NCBI GenBank assembly: GCA_964187785.1
Contig: OZ076409.1
Coordinates: 13,890,001 to 13,954,000, forward strand
DNA from: Amphiscolops sp. MND2022
Lineage: Eukaryota
DNA: 64,000 bases
Reading direction: 5' to 3'
Shown here: positions 51,013 to 63,500 of the stretch, in pieces
How positions within the stretch are numbered: position 1 is the stretch's first letter
How the letters are laid out: every line of letters starts with the position of its first letter
Made by a program: the position numbers and the translations under genes
Notes under the pieces: model-generated
Seen by the model: the letters and a program-made list of their open reading frames with translations, nothing else
Databases searched by the model: none
Told to the model about the DNA's origin: nothing

Positions 51013-52023
51013 CTGCAAGCATACTCAAAATAATGAAAAAGTTTCAAACGAATTGTTGCAATCAAAAAACACCAAAGAAATCAATTTCAGTTTCATACCG
51101 AAATGCATTCAGAATGTTCTCCCAAAGTTTTTTTCTTTTTACTCAGCTGCACGTGTCGTGAGTTGAGAATCAACGTTTACATGTGACACTTCAAAGTCTA
51201 GATTACAAAACAATGTTGGTTTTTAGCGTATCTGGCTGAAATACCAAAGCAGAAAGCTGAAAAAGATTTTCCTCAGATCGATTGCGCAGTTTCGGGAAAA
51301 AGATATGGTGCAAATAAATGGATGCTTGTTTCAAGGCAAAAGTGCAATTGGCAGGGAACCCGGAGCAATTCAAAAGTAGATTTTGTTTTTCGAGGAGCCT
51401 TAATTCAAAGAGCTATTGAAGTGGCGGGAATTTTCACACGTGAAGACTACAATTGCAAGGACTCTAAGTCCATTAAGGCGATTTCGGTCGAGCTACAATC
51501 ACTGTTTGGACTGAAAAATTCAATCTGCGCAAAAAGCAAGCTGGAAGCGTTCTGCGTTCTGAGTCTAATTTTCACACTACGGTTAAGCACAGCCTCAAGG
51601 AACATGGAAGAGGGGGAATGCTCAATGGAATTTAAATTTTCAGAATCAATGTTAACTAAATGTCTTCTTCAGCAATTTCACTCAAAACATTCAACGGCTT
51701 TAATTTTGTGGAAAAACGATTCCGAAGTTGGTCAAGAATAGAAACCAAAACTATCTATTTCTATCGAGTAACAAATTCATCAAAAATCACGGGTTTGATC
51801 TAATACAGGGAAAATTAAGGGCAACATTTTGGCTGCCATTTTTATTTTCCAAATTGAAAAAGCGATATCAACTGAGATACCGAATTCGACCAAAGTACAG
51901 TGGTTGTAAAACTATTAATCGGTTAATTATTTTTCCAAATTAAGTGCACCGACAAAAGCTGGAATACATTTATCTTGAACAAAACCACGATGATTTCAGT
52001 GAAGAAAAAGTGAGCAAACGTAC

Positions 52024-52082
52024 ATAGCTCAATAGGCAGGAAAGTCAGCTGATTATGACCCAGTAACAAAGACACCAGTTTC
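52024..52082 (-). CDS. LRRC27: LRRC27-like exon 2 (KLVSLLLGHNQLTFLPIEL)
   Basis: 59-bp exon with acceptor tgtttcag and donor GTACGT. Phases 2/1 match both neighbours. Canonical LRR. Confidence 0.88.
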
Positions 52083-52185
52083 CTGAAACAGAACAGAACA
52101 GTGCGTTAAGGTCACCTTATCGGAACAAATATTTTTCGGAAACCCTAAATCTTCAAAACTAAAATGCTGCAATGTGAAACGTTAT

Positions 52186-52187
<2 letters not shown>

Positions 52188-52226
<39 letters not shown>
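52188..52226. repeat. (CAT)n microsatellite in intron 1
   Basis: About 13 perfect units. Confidence 0.95.
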
Positions 52227-52227
<1 letters not shown>

Positions 52228-52301
52228 TTCTGTTTCTCATTTTAAGAAAATTGCCAACATCAACAGGAATTAAATTGTCATAAATTGAATTGCTTAGTGA
52301 C

Positions 52302-52666
52302 CTAGCTGTGGAAACACTTTTGGGCACTGTGCGTAGATAATTGTAGCGCAAATCGAGCCATTTCAAGTTGGGCAGGCAAGAAAAGAATGTTTCGGGCAGC
52401 GACTGGAGCCTATTGTTGGAAAGGTAGAGATATTCAATGTGAGACAAAGACATCAAAGGCGACGGGACGGTGTTTATCTGATAATGCGAGAGATCCAACA
52501 ATGGAGAGTCCATCTGGGCAAATGCCTCCAGAAGCATTTCAAGCTCCTCGCTACACCCCTCGTTCTCCTTGCAGCTACTAGTGCTGCTGCCCTGTAAATT
52601 ACAATCAGGGATGACCTCTTTCGTGTCCGAGGGATGCCCGTTTTCTTGGCCCGAATCGCCCCTCAT
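52302..52666 (-). CDS. LRRC27: LRRC27-like first coding exon
   Basis: SPLLDLS...LYLSNNRLQSLPETFFSCLPNLKWLDLRYNYL closely recalls LRRC27 (FFQLLPNLTWLDLRYN). In-frame stop upstream of the ATG. Donor AG|GTCACT. Confidence 0.88.
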
Positions 52667-52880
52667 TTTAGTGATTGAGCATCATTGTTCTAAAAAATAA
52701 AGATGACAATTAATGAACTGAATGTGAAACGTAGACGGTCAAATATGACGATAACAATGTCCTACGAATTCGATTCAGACATTTTTTCACTATTGCGCTG
52801 ATCCAATGAAGTCAAACTTTGCGAGGAAAAAAGCGCCTTTCTTTCAACTAAGCAATAATCAAGAGACATACACTAAAAAA

Positions 52881-53112
52881 CGGATGCACCACAAAATGGC
52901 CTTATTTCAAATGTTACAAAATGGCCGATTTGGCGTTCCTAAAACGGTAAAAACAACGGTCTTTTTCCAACCAGGCCCCTCCACATAGGGCACTATCTGT
53001 GTCTCCGTAGATGATCAGGTCCTTTTGTCACGCTTCGAAAATCGGCTCTTTCGTTACAATTACGAAATCGGCCGTTTTGTCATACCTCAGAATCGGCCAT
53101 TCTGTGACGTCC
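52881..53112. mobile_element. Degenerate foldback-type MITE (AAAATGGCCGATT / AATCGGCCATT repeats)
   Basis: Inverted arrays of the motif at both ends. TSD not found. Confidence 0.55.
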
Positions 53113-54129
53113 GACCCCAACTTAGCGAATTAATTGAAAAAGGTTCCCGTGCATTCAAGCAACCTTTCAATGACTTTTTTAAAAATGCAAGTGCTTCTGG
53201 CTGTAACTACCTCCCGCTTTTTCTGAAAAACAGTGTTCGCGTAGAAATACTTCAAATTTCTGGAACCCTTTTCTGGCTTCAAATTTGGTATTGAAATACT
53301 TACTGATCTATCGAGCGAAAAGAAATAGAATCTTATGAACGGCAGCCTCCCAAACCGATTGGGACCAGTTCTTCAGTGAGTCACACCTGGGGCCTGTGCT
53401 TCATTCCGTGTGAAATTGTTAACAGAGTTGAAACCGGGTCATTACTCCCGAAAGGAATTGCAAATGATAATCAGGTATAAGCATCATGAGAATTCAAGAA
53501 TCTCAATATGTACAACAGAATTCAAAAATTCAACATCATACACTTTTTGGCAGACATATGGGCTCTATGCTCTGAGTTTTGTATGTGAAATTACCGTGTG
53601 TTTGGTGCGCGCCTCGCGAACTCAGGAAACAAGATGGATAAAAAACGAGAGTTAATTTAGAGTTGAATAGAAAGTTCAGGTTGAACAGAAAGACTATTAA
53701 ATTATTCAAAGAGTCAAATGAACATAACAGCAGTTCTCAATAAAGCAGCTAAGATGAATTGGTTGATTCTCATTCCTCAGTTATTGACAAAGACAATCAC
53801 AAATGTTGAAAATGAGCCACTGCTCAAACCGAATTTTTCTGTTCCAATGAGCCTGCCCAAAGCAGGGACAAAACCTACGAACCAATCTTAAGCCACCAGT
53901 TAATTACCTGCAAAACGTCTAGGGAAAAGGAGAAAATTGGGTTGGATTCCTAAAAGTTCACCAAGTTTGCAGTCATGAAAGATGATCATGTAATTTGGTT
54001 ACGACTTTTGACCTTTGAACGGAATAAGCATTCGGAAAGGATGAACTTTTGACAGACATAAGTACTTCGAACTTGAAAGGTTTGGACTAGACAACACAGT
54101 CAAAAAGGATCGATGTCAAACTTGGTAAC

Positions 54130-54300
54130 AACAAGCCGGGACCGGCCCAAGTCGGCGCCATATCCAAGGCTCAAAAATAGCAAAAGGACTTCCAAGTGTC
54201 AATTTACAGTACTCGAAAATCAAAAAGCAAAAAAAAATTGACCGAGTGGGAAAAAAAGGAATCAATTGCGGAAATATAGCCCAGTTCAATGTATTAATTT
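54130..54300 (-). mobile_element. HINE/DINE-1-like element, 3' part
   Basis: AACAAGCCGGGACCGGCCCAAGTCGGCGCCATATCCAAGGCTCAAAAA. Confidence 0.7.
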
Positions 54301-55084
54301 TCGTTTTATTTTCCGGATTGTTTTATCCGGCCCGAAAAAAGTTAAGCTCGGAAAAGCCCGGCTATAAGCCCGCCCCGGCAACATTTAATGACATGCTTGG
54401 TTCCAACTCTGATTGTTAATTTCAAGCATCTAACGGCAACAGGTGGCAAACCTATTTTGACATGATATTCGAGTGCAAATTGAAATTGGTAATAAAAAAT
54501 AGCATTACATAAGATGAACAGCAATTACGAAGATGCACAACAAGAATTCTCTCACAGACTTGTAGCCGTTTTTCAGGAGGTTATCCCTTTGGACGTTGGG
54601 GCTGATTTTTCAGCAGGAGTGTTTGGAAGGCATTTTTGTTCATAAGATCCAAAAAAATGAACATTTCATTTGCATAGAAAAAAAGTATGAAAGAACGAGC
54701 TGATCAGCTCTTCAATATCTTCAACCGCAACAAAATTCCGATATCTGTTTTGTTTCCTTTACAACTCTGACGTTGAAAGGTGGCCATAATACTTCTGCGT
54801 TTTGTTCGTGACAATTGATTCACAGAACAACTCCAAAAAGCCTCTTGAATTTAATTTTTAACGAAAAATATTCCAGCGCCCATATGGAATAGAGGATCAC
54901 ACGTCATCCTGGTTCGTTCCCCACCCAACGGCGGAGATGGGTTAGACGACGGAAAACTTGATGGCAAATTGAAACTTTAGTTCAAGAATTCTGAAAAGCA
55001 CTTAATTTTCTTTTAATTTTCGCAATTACGGGTTTCTGCTTTCAAGTACGTCAAGCGAGTCCGTTGTGGCTGATAGCTCAAAGT

Positions 55085-55378
55085 CAAGAGAAATGAATGA
55101 TTTATCACTTGGGAATTTGTTTGGATAAAGAACTGAACTTTGATGTACATATTGGAAAAAATATTGGGAAGCATTCAAAACAATGTGGTATTGTTTATAA
55201 AATGTGTCCCAGATTGTCCAATATGACGTACTTTAGTATGGCCTCGGAAAAGCATTGCTTCAACAGATTTTGGTTCAAAAAAGGCTCCGCATAGCAATCC
55301 GACTGCAATATAGATCTAGTTAGTGTCTTAGGAAAAGATGTCAAAGGATATAATTGGTTGCTGAAATTGAACTTAATA
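55085..55378 (+). mobile_element. Non-LTR retrotransposon (CR1/L2-like) RT C-terminal fragment
   Basis: HLGICLDKELNFDVHI...KQCGIVYK matches the YLG..D..L.F..HI LINE RT thumb motif. Confidence 0.75.
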
Positions 55379-55387
55379 CCTGATAGT

Positions 55388-55540
55388 GGTGGCAGGACAA
55401 AATAACCAAAGTCAAAATAGCCAAGTGGTTATTATGTAACGATGGCTATTTTGGCATTGGCTATTTTGTCACGTTGGATATTTTGGCATTGGCTATTATG
55501 GCATTGGTTATTATGACTTAAGATATTCTGACATGTAACC
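55388..55540. mobile_element. Mutator-like MITE
   Basis: 9-bp TSD CCTGATAGT (55379-55387, 55541-55549). 15-bp TTGGCTATTTTGGCA arrays. Imperfect TIRs. Confidence 0.88.
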
Positions 55541-56333
55541 CCTGATAGTATCAAAACCATGTCACAGGGGCAAATCAAAACATACATGAAAACCCTAAAT
55601 AGGCCTTATGTAACAGACAGTAGTGACCTTTTTGCATTATTTTTCCAATAAAATCGTTGGTCATCGTTCTTAAGATACTACTGGATCTTTAACATTAACT
55701 AAAAAATAAATAATGAAAATTTTACGTGTAAAAATTAGTGACAGTGAATAATAAATGATTCAGTTTGAGTTGGTCTGAATTTGGTTCTGGTTCTCTAATA
55801 TCCAGCGCAGAAACTCGAAGAGCTGATTATGCTCCTTTTCTGTCCTGCTTGAACGTTTTTTTTCCGTATTTTTTGATAGTTTTATGTATGCGTTCAAGAA
55901 AAAAATACAATTTCAAAAATTAAAGACTGCTATGCTAAATAAGTACTGTATTTGAGTTACATTTATACGAGCTTCTGAAATATTCCTTATCTCAAATACG
56001 AAACAATTTCGAGATCCTTGACATAGGGTCCCAAAACAAAGATACAAAAAACAATTGAATGAACATCATGGAACTAAACGGCAAAAATGATGTACCGGAT
56101 TCTCGCGCCATTACTTTGATTAATGCATCAAGAAAATGGGGATTCTTTCCTAGCGATCATGGAGTGAATGAGATGAATGATTAGCAATTACGAAATTTCA
56201 AACAAAGTAACATTAGTATTTTTGGGAAACCGTGAACTGGTTGACTCAAATTTTTGAAACCACATCATTGTTGGAGAAACCACCTCTACATCAGGACACA
56301 CAAAAAAACTTTAAGCTTCTTCTTAGTTCGAAG

Positions 56334-56532
56334 CAGGGGCGGTTTTAGGGGGCATGCGGGGGATGCGGTAGCATCCCCCTTTTTTTCGAAAAAATATAGT
56401 GCCATTGCTCAAAGAGGGGACCCTTCTAGGTTTAACTATAATTTTTATATGTAAGAAATAGCCGCTATTCTAAGCAAAAACCGTTTTCACACAATCAGCA
56501 TCCCCCTTAAAAATATTCTAAAACCGCCACTG
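56334..56532. mobile_element. hAT-type MITE
   Basis: TIR CAGGGGCGGTTTTAG / CTAAAACCGCCACTG. 8-bp TSD GTTCGAAG (56326-56333, 56533-56540). Confidence 0.92.
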
Positions 56533-57479
56533 GTTCGAAGGTATCCTTCCCCTCGAAAAGCCTGCGTACCTGTGAGAGGTCTTTTTGCGTTTCTAGATGT
56601 TTTTTTTTGGAAAAATGGTCGATGTGTACGATTTGATGCTTCATTGCTTTGTATTTTAATAATCGAAGAACTCTTCCTTCTGAAAACGATACATTGAGCC
56701 AAAAAACTCACGCTAAGCTTTGTGAAGACTTTCATTTCAGGAAATAGCAAAAACGTTAATTTTCCACCAATATTTAATCCAGACAGATTCAAGTTTCGAA
56801 TGGTTCCACTTATTTCTGTGAATTCAACAATGCTGAGCGTAAGAGATATAATTACATGAAGAATAAAATTAGTTTCTAATCCAAAATAAGTTCAGGAGCT
56901 CGTGTTTTGGACCACGTTTCTTATAGGTACACTCTGTTTCACAGGTACACCTCTGTTTTGATACGTCTAACAAAGATATACATTGATTGATATTTTTCAT
57001 TCAAAATAGCAACATTTCACGTCTGGAAAAAGTTAAATTGTCTAAAAAGGGCTTTTTTCAGCGGAAATTTGCTCTGCAATAAAATCTTTTATGGCTGTCA
57101 ACGTAAAATATAGGATTATGTCCACATCAATTATCTCATTGAGCCATTTAATCCATCGCAAACTATGTCGACATAATGGTATTTGAACCATGTTTCTTTT
57201 CCCCTCTGCGGTTCAAATTGAGATGTATGACATGATTTCTTGAACAAATATGAAACGTTATATTTCTTGCTTTAGTACACGGTTGACTAAAATGTTTTTT
57301 TTTCGTGAATTATACAAGTTCATTTCGTGCAAAAACTTTCCTTCCGGAAAAAATCATATAAAAACAAAAATTATTAATCAATCGACGATATAGGAACGGT
57401 ATTTTTGCGCTTTATCGACGCCAAATCTTGTTCGCAATGTCCTATATGTCAATGTGGAAAAGTGTTTATTTTTGAATCG

Positions 57480-58245
57480 TTAGAAAAAAGCAACTATAGT
57501 AGTCGCAATTTTAGGACCAGCGAACTGACACATTTCTATAAGCATTTTCATAAGTTAACTTAGTAACTTCTCACTGCGCTGGACCAAAATGTTTTATGCC
57601 TACAAAAAAGGGAGACAAAAGGGTCCAGGGTGCCCCATTGGGGTTTTTCGGCACTATGCGATTTTTTTTCAAAACCGAAGTGCCCTCTTTGATTTTCAGC
57701 AGAAACAAAACGTTTTGCGACCTTAGGGTTTTTCGGCACTATGCGAATTACCAAAAAAATTGAAGAAAAATTTGATAAATTTTCTGAATTTTTCGCCGAA
57801 ATTTCATTACACATTTTGATTTTAGTTTTTTGTAGTTTTCTGTTACAGCAAACCGTTTACCGAGTCTTTATGGTGACCTCTTTGGTTTTTTTTGAGGTCA
57901 TGTGGGACTGACGAGAAGACCTCTTGAAAAAACCTAAAGGTTTCTCGGCACTGTGCGACTTTTTTGAATAAAAGTTTCATTTGGTCGAAGAGTACCCCTT
58001 TTGGGTTTTTCGCCACTGAGACTTTTTCCAAAAGAAAAATTGGAAAATCTTTTTTTTTCAAAAATTGGCTTTTTTGATGTTTCGAGTTAGAGAAAAAGCG
58101 GCTTTCGGGTCTCATGGGTATCAATCACTTCGGGCATTTTTGGCACTGTATATTTGATACAAATTTTCACAATAGTGCCCCTTTGCATATTTAAAACACT
58201 TTACCATGTTTGAACCTTGAACGGGGCGCCGACTTGGGCCGCCGG
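57480..58245 (+). mobile_element. HINE/DINE-1-like element with eroded ends
   Basis: 3' TTGAACCTTGAACGGGGCGCCGACTTGGGCCG. Repeated GGGTTTTTCGGCACT(A/G)TGCGA internal units. Confidence 0.72.
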
Positions 58246-60122
58246 CGTGATAAAAATGTTTTCTCATTTTGGTCAACGCTGCTTCAGAGCGAAATTTATG
58301 CAGCTTTGACATTTTTCTAGCCTCGTGAGAATTTTCTATGCTATATCTTATCTAAGTATTCCAGGAAAAATTTTACTGATGACCTTCATTCGCTCGGCTG
58401 AATAATTGTTATCATTTCAGTCCAAACTTGGAGAAAAAAAACTTTACTTTCTCTACAGATATCGCCATGAGGACGAATGGAGGAAATGTGGCGGCGATAC
58501 AACAATCGAGAAACGTTCACTATTTGACTTCTAGAAAGTCGGTGAGATGAATTAGATAGATTTGGCAAGGAAATGGCAGTCGGCAGAAATGAATAAAGAG
58601 GAACGGGACGCGACGGATATCAATAGCGAGAATCTGCAGAGCCAATTCGACCAATACCAGTCATGCTAGTTTTGCTAATGAGGTCACTAAACGATTTTTT
58701 GCTAATTTAGTCTTTTTGCCGGGAGAAGGGACTCTTGATATAATGCAGAAAGTATGAAAACATTATCAAGAGCTTGAAGCATTTTACATGCAAAAGCTAC
58801 TTGAATTTTAAGGAAAAAAGTGTTTCAGATTTGCAGAGAAATTGATTAGGTATTTTCTAACCCGCGGTGTAGACATCAATTGCTTAGTTTGGAATATTTA
58901 AAAACTCAGACATACAAGCAACAATGCTTCAAAAGCTTTCATTACCACAGGCGCAGTCGCTCAAACCCAGGCAAAAAATTCATGATAACCAGTTTTCGAA
59001 ACCGCCGATGCATGACCATATAAAGCCAGAGCCGGATGTGCGGTAAAATATTCAAAATCGGATTGAAATATTGAAAAACAAAATTGGTACTTGGTCATTT
59101 TTGGACTAATTTTGGCTGTTTCTCAGATCCCAGTCATACAATTTTGATGTCATTGCCCAAATAGGACCTCAATATGGTCTAGTATTATTATAAAAATTTC
59201 GCCCGAACTCTAAATTTAATAAAAATCGTATATAGAGCTTTTGAGAAAATTGAAATTTTCGTTGAAAGATCGGGAGAAAAAAGGCTCCTAAAAAGGAGGA
59301 TGCACATATTGACGAAAGGAAACTTAGATTGGACTCACAATAGCAGTGACATATTTTGGATTTTAGAACATATTGCTCTGGAATACTATTCAAGGAAAAT
59401 ATCCAGTTGTCGATGAGGTTCTTTGTATCGTTTTAGCGAGGCATACACCGGGTACACGTCCAGTTTGCAAAGCACGTCTAACAATTTCAATGCTTCAGAG
59501 AATATATCAATTAACATATTCGTTTAGTAAGCAAGCCCTCAAGTCGAGCAGATTTCATTCAACAAACCAATTTTGAATCCTTCATTTGTCCCCCAATCTT
59601 GAAGGAATCACATTACTTTGCATTGCATGAACGTCGTCTCCGGTTGTCTATTTTCGGATCATATTGCAACATTTTCACACAAAAGGTCGTCCTAGAAAAC
59701 ATAAGCCACTAAGCACTTTCCCATTGCAGACAGTAAAGCGATTAAAGCTTCGCATTCCCGTTCGTCGCAAAAGTTGCAGAAGATAGTTCTTTCCGCAGAA
59801 TACTCATGAAAATGAAAAAATCGAGAAACTTGTCGACATTTTTATTGGAACACTTCGGAGCTTTTTGAAACTTCCAATACGGAATTACGGGAAATACATT
59901 CCGATTGTCCAGTGCTTGAAACAAAAGACAGAAACTGTTGATTCGCACATCAAATACGCATCCACGTCAAAAAAAAGGTTCATTTTGCCTGCTTTTAATC
60001 AATTATGATTAAAATAGTTTTAATCAAGTTGATTATAATCAGCCAACATGCCCATCGCCCGTTGGATACAGTGGAAAGTTTTCAGCTGTTTCTATTCACT
60101 CTTCTCAAAGAAAATCAACATA

Positions 60123-60561
60123 CCGTATATTCCGGCGTATAAGCCCCAATTTTTAAAGGGAAATTGTTGATATAAGGTATGTTCGTCATATAAGCCCCCC
60201 CCCCCCCTAAATCAAGAAAAATAAAAAAGTTCAAGTGTAAATTGAATGAATTTTCGAGGCATAAATTCAAGTTTCAATTCTCAGGGACTAAAATGGGAGT
60301 CATTGAATGAATTTTCGAGGTATAAATTCAATTTTCAATTCTCAGGGACTAAAATGGGAGTCATCATCTGTCATTTCCTCTGGCTCTGAAACTTCTTCGA
60401 AAAGAAAGTCAACTGCAACGTCATCCAACTCATCATATGGGTGAATGCCGAAATTTTGATTCTGAAAAAACTGTCTTCGTTTTATGTTCGTCGTATAAGC
60501 CGCCTCCCCAAACTTTTGACCAAAAATTCAAAAAAGGGGGCTTATACGCCGGAATATACGG
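60123..60561 (-). mobile_element. pogo/Tc2-type Tc1/mariner MITE, apparently young
   Basis: Perfect 25-bp TIRs CCGTATATTCCGGCGTATAAGCCCC with TA TSD. Internal TATAAGCC repeats. 61-bp tandem duplication at 60241-60364. Confidence 0.92.
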
Positions 60562-63500
60562 TACTCAATATTATTTCTAAACACATCTGAACAATACATC
60601 TTGTGGAGCAATTATTTTCCATCACACTGTTCATAATAGTTGAATTGAAAATGAGTAAGGAGCTGAAACTCGGTCGAATAAACCAAAACATCATAGAAAC
60701 GAAATCGAACCCATTATGACCAAAATCGAATAAAAATTGTTCACTAACTAAACAGCCATAGGCACAATGTACTCATTTTATTACTTAAAACTACATTGAT
60801 TTCTCAAATGTAATTTTTCTCGGGATAGAAAAATATTGATGCTTATTGTCGCAGATGTCAATACTTGTGAATGTCAGGACCATGTTTCATATTTTCCCCC
60901 AAGCGGTCGCGTTTTTGTGAGAAAAATATCAAAAAGTCCGGATATTTTTTGCTGCAAGTGTCGAAACAACTCTAGAGAAAATCCTCTAAGTATTCTAAGT
61001 ATTTATAGCCATATCAATTTCTTTCATTCGCCCAAGAATTTTTTTCAAGCGTATAAGTAGTTTTCGTGTTTGGGGGTCATAAGAAACGAGGGGTATAAAA
61101 ATATGGATGGTCCAAATGTTATTTGCCGAATATAATTTCGATTCTTTTAGCTTCGGCTGCTCCTCGGTAAAACTTTTTCAAATATGTCACTCGTTAAAAT
61201 ACTGATAACAAAACTGAACAAAGTGAATGTTGGAGAGATTTGAGAAGCGTCACGGGAGATGGAATACAATAAAATGAAGTCTCTAGAGAACCAGTCAAGA
61301 TGCGACACGTCATTTCATCGCCAACGTGACCCTGTCAATTTTCGCTTTTTACAATAACTTCCACTAGCAGACAAATTTTCTTTTGTTTACATATTTAGCA
61401 CTTTATTTATTTTTCTTAGGTGTGTCATGGCCGAGAGACATCTAAAAATCCGGTACAAATATATGCCCAATGACTTGGAATTACACACAAGATCATCTCG
61501 ATCAACTTGTCCTACCACTTTGAGGGGGGTAGACAGACAGTTGAATAAATTAAATCATTATTTTACTACACATATAGCCTAAGAGCTATTTATTCTTCGT
61601 CGTAATATTTAGTCATAACCCTGTCGCGCAAAACATGGATCCTTAAGTTACATACATTGCTTCTACTACTGACTATTGGCTTTGTTCCATTGTATTTATA
61701 GCAGCAATTAGCGGGAAGTAAACGAGAAATCTGATCATGATTGTTTCAGCTTTGTCCACACATACACACGCTGCTCGCAGCCTTAGGAAGGAGAGATTTT
61801 TGAAATGGGCAAAAACAAGAAACAACAAAAAAGAGAATAAAGGAGTTGCAAAACATACAACACAATACCCAGACAGGACAGTCTGCGTGAAAGGGCCATT
61901 TAATGGGAGTTACTGGTCTGTGTGTATTTGCGAGTGCGTTTCCTTGGGCAAAGCTTCAGGACGGATTGAATGAAACAATCGAAAATACAAACAAGACAAG
62001 AAAGCTGCGGGGATTCATTAGTGGCAAAGTTGGAAGTTATTCCCTGCCCTGTGCCGGCTATAGTATATACATATCTTCTTTCCTTTCAGCGGCGGCAACC
62101 GCGAAGAGAAAAAAGTGGAGACAAATTATTGCTCCGAAATGAAATGGGGATAGAGTTATGCATGTTAAACGACATGACGCTAAATAAACAACAAAAAACG
62201 GACAAATTTAAGTAATTTTAATTTTGTTAGCGCTCAAGACTAGGACGGGAAGATTCATTTAAAAATTTCAATGTTTAAACGATTATGATTAGCAGTGCAG
62301 AAGCAGTGAGTATTGGAGCGGCGGCAATGGAAAAACATAACAGGCCTCCGTTGCTTTCTCGCGCCAGGCAAACACCTCAAAGTGCCGCTGTGCTAATGGT
62401 ATAGGAAATGTTAAGTCATGGTAAATGAAAAATATGGAACAACAAAAGAAAAAAGGAAGCCAAGTTGAATTAGAAAAAGCGTTTAAATGGAGCATTATCA
62501 TAATTATTCAACATTTGCGAACTTGACAATGCTCATAGGTACTGCACTGGGGTCGAGGGATAAATACTAGTGTGGGGACACATACCTATTACTTATACTT
62601 ACATACACATACAACATATATACATATATATCTACATCACATTTGTACAATATGAAAAATTACCGTACATTATAACATATTTAAGTGCGCGGACCAACAA
62701 CACCGGTAATAGTGAGTGACTGATTTATTTTCGGTGTTAACGACAAACAAACAAATTCGCTGCTTGTTGACTTACTTCCCCATTGCGGAATCTACCTACT
62801 AATAGTACAAGTAGTAGAAGTACCGAATGGGGGGGGGGGGGTAAGTACCGCGACTCAAGCTCCGTCGTTCCATCGGTTCCGCCCTGCTCGGACCACCACT
62901 ACAGGAAAACAAGTCGTCATGGCTTCTCCTGTTTGCTTCTTCGTCGCTCACACCTCGCTGCTCATCTGAGCGATTAGCGCACCTTTTAAGCACCATAGGG
63001 AAAGAGCATTATGCATCAGCAGCCAATAAAAATTTGAGGAAATTAAAACGAAAATGCAGAGTACTAAATTACAACACCATTACGACAGTGGCGACGGCGG
63101 AGACACGGAGAAATTAAATTGAATGGAAAACAAGGAAAAATGACGAAGATTATGTGTTTTTTGTTTAGATTTTGCTGCTAACTGTCGCGGTCGCCGCAGA
63201 CAAATGAAACGAGACGAACGACGACGATTAAGAAGGGAGCAACAAATTAAATGAAGTGATGAGACGAGGTACTCGTTAGGAAACGCGCTTCTCCTCTCGG
63301 CAGTGAGCCAATCAGAATCGAGGAGGTAAGGTAAGAGGGGAAAACACGTTTTTTTTTCTAGTGACAGGGTAGCTGAGGCAGAAAAGCGACAGAAGCGGTG
63401 ACAGAGCAGTAGCACAGAGTTTAACATCATCAGCAGAAGCAGCAGTGTTGTTTAAAAAAGGGGAGATGATAAAACGATGTGCAACAGTTGCTGCCAACCA

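Noticed and set aside
57900..57960. Hammerhead ribozyme (CTGACGA...GAAA)
   Set aside because: Stems I and II do not pair, and the core is not conserved in sister HINE copies.
53840..58700. Scattered exon-like segments (e.g. VINWWLKIGS* near 53900; 58460-58540)
   Set aside because: Could not be joined into a consistent gene model.
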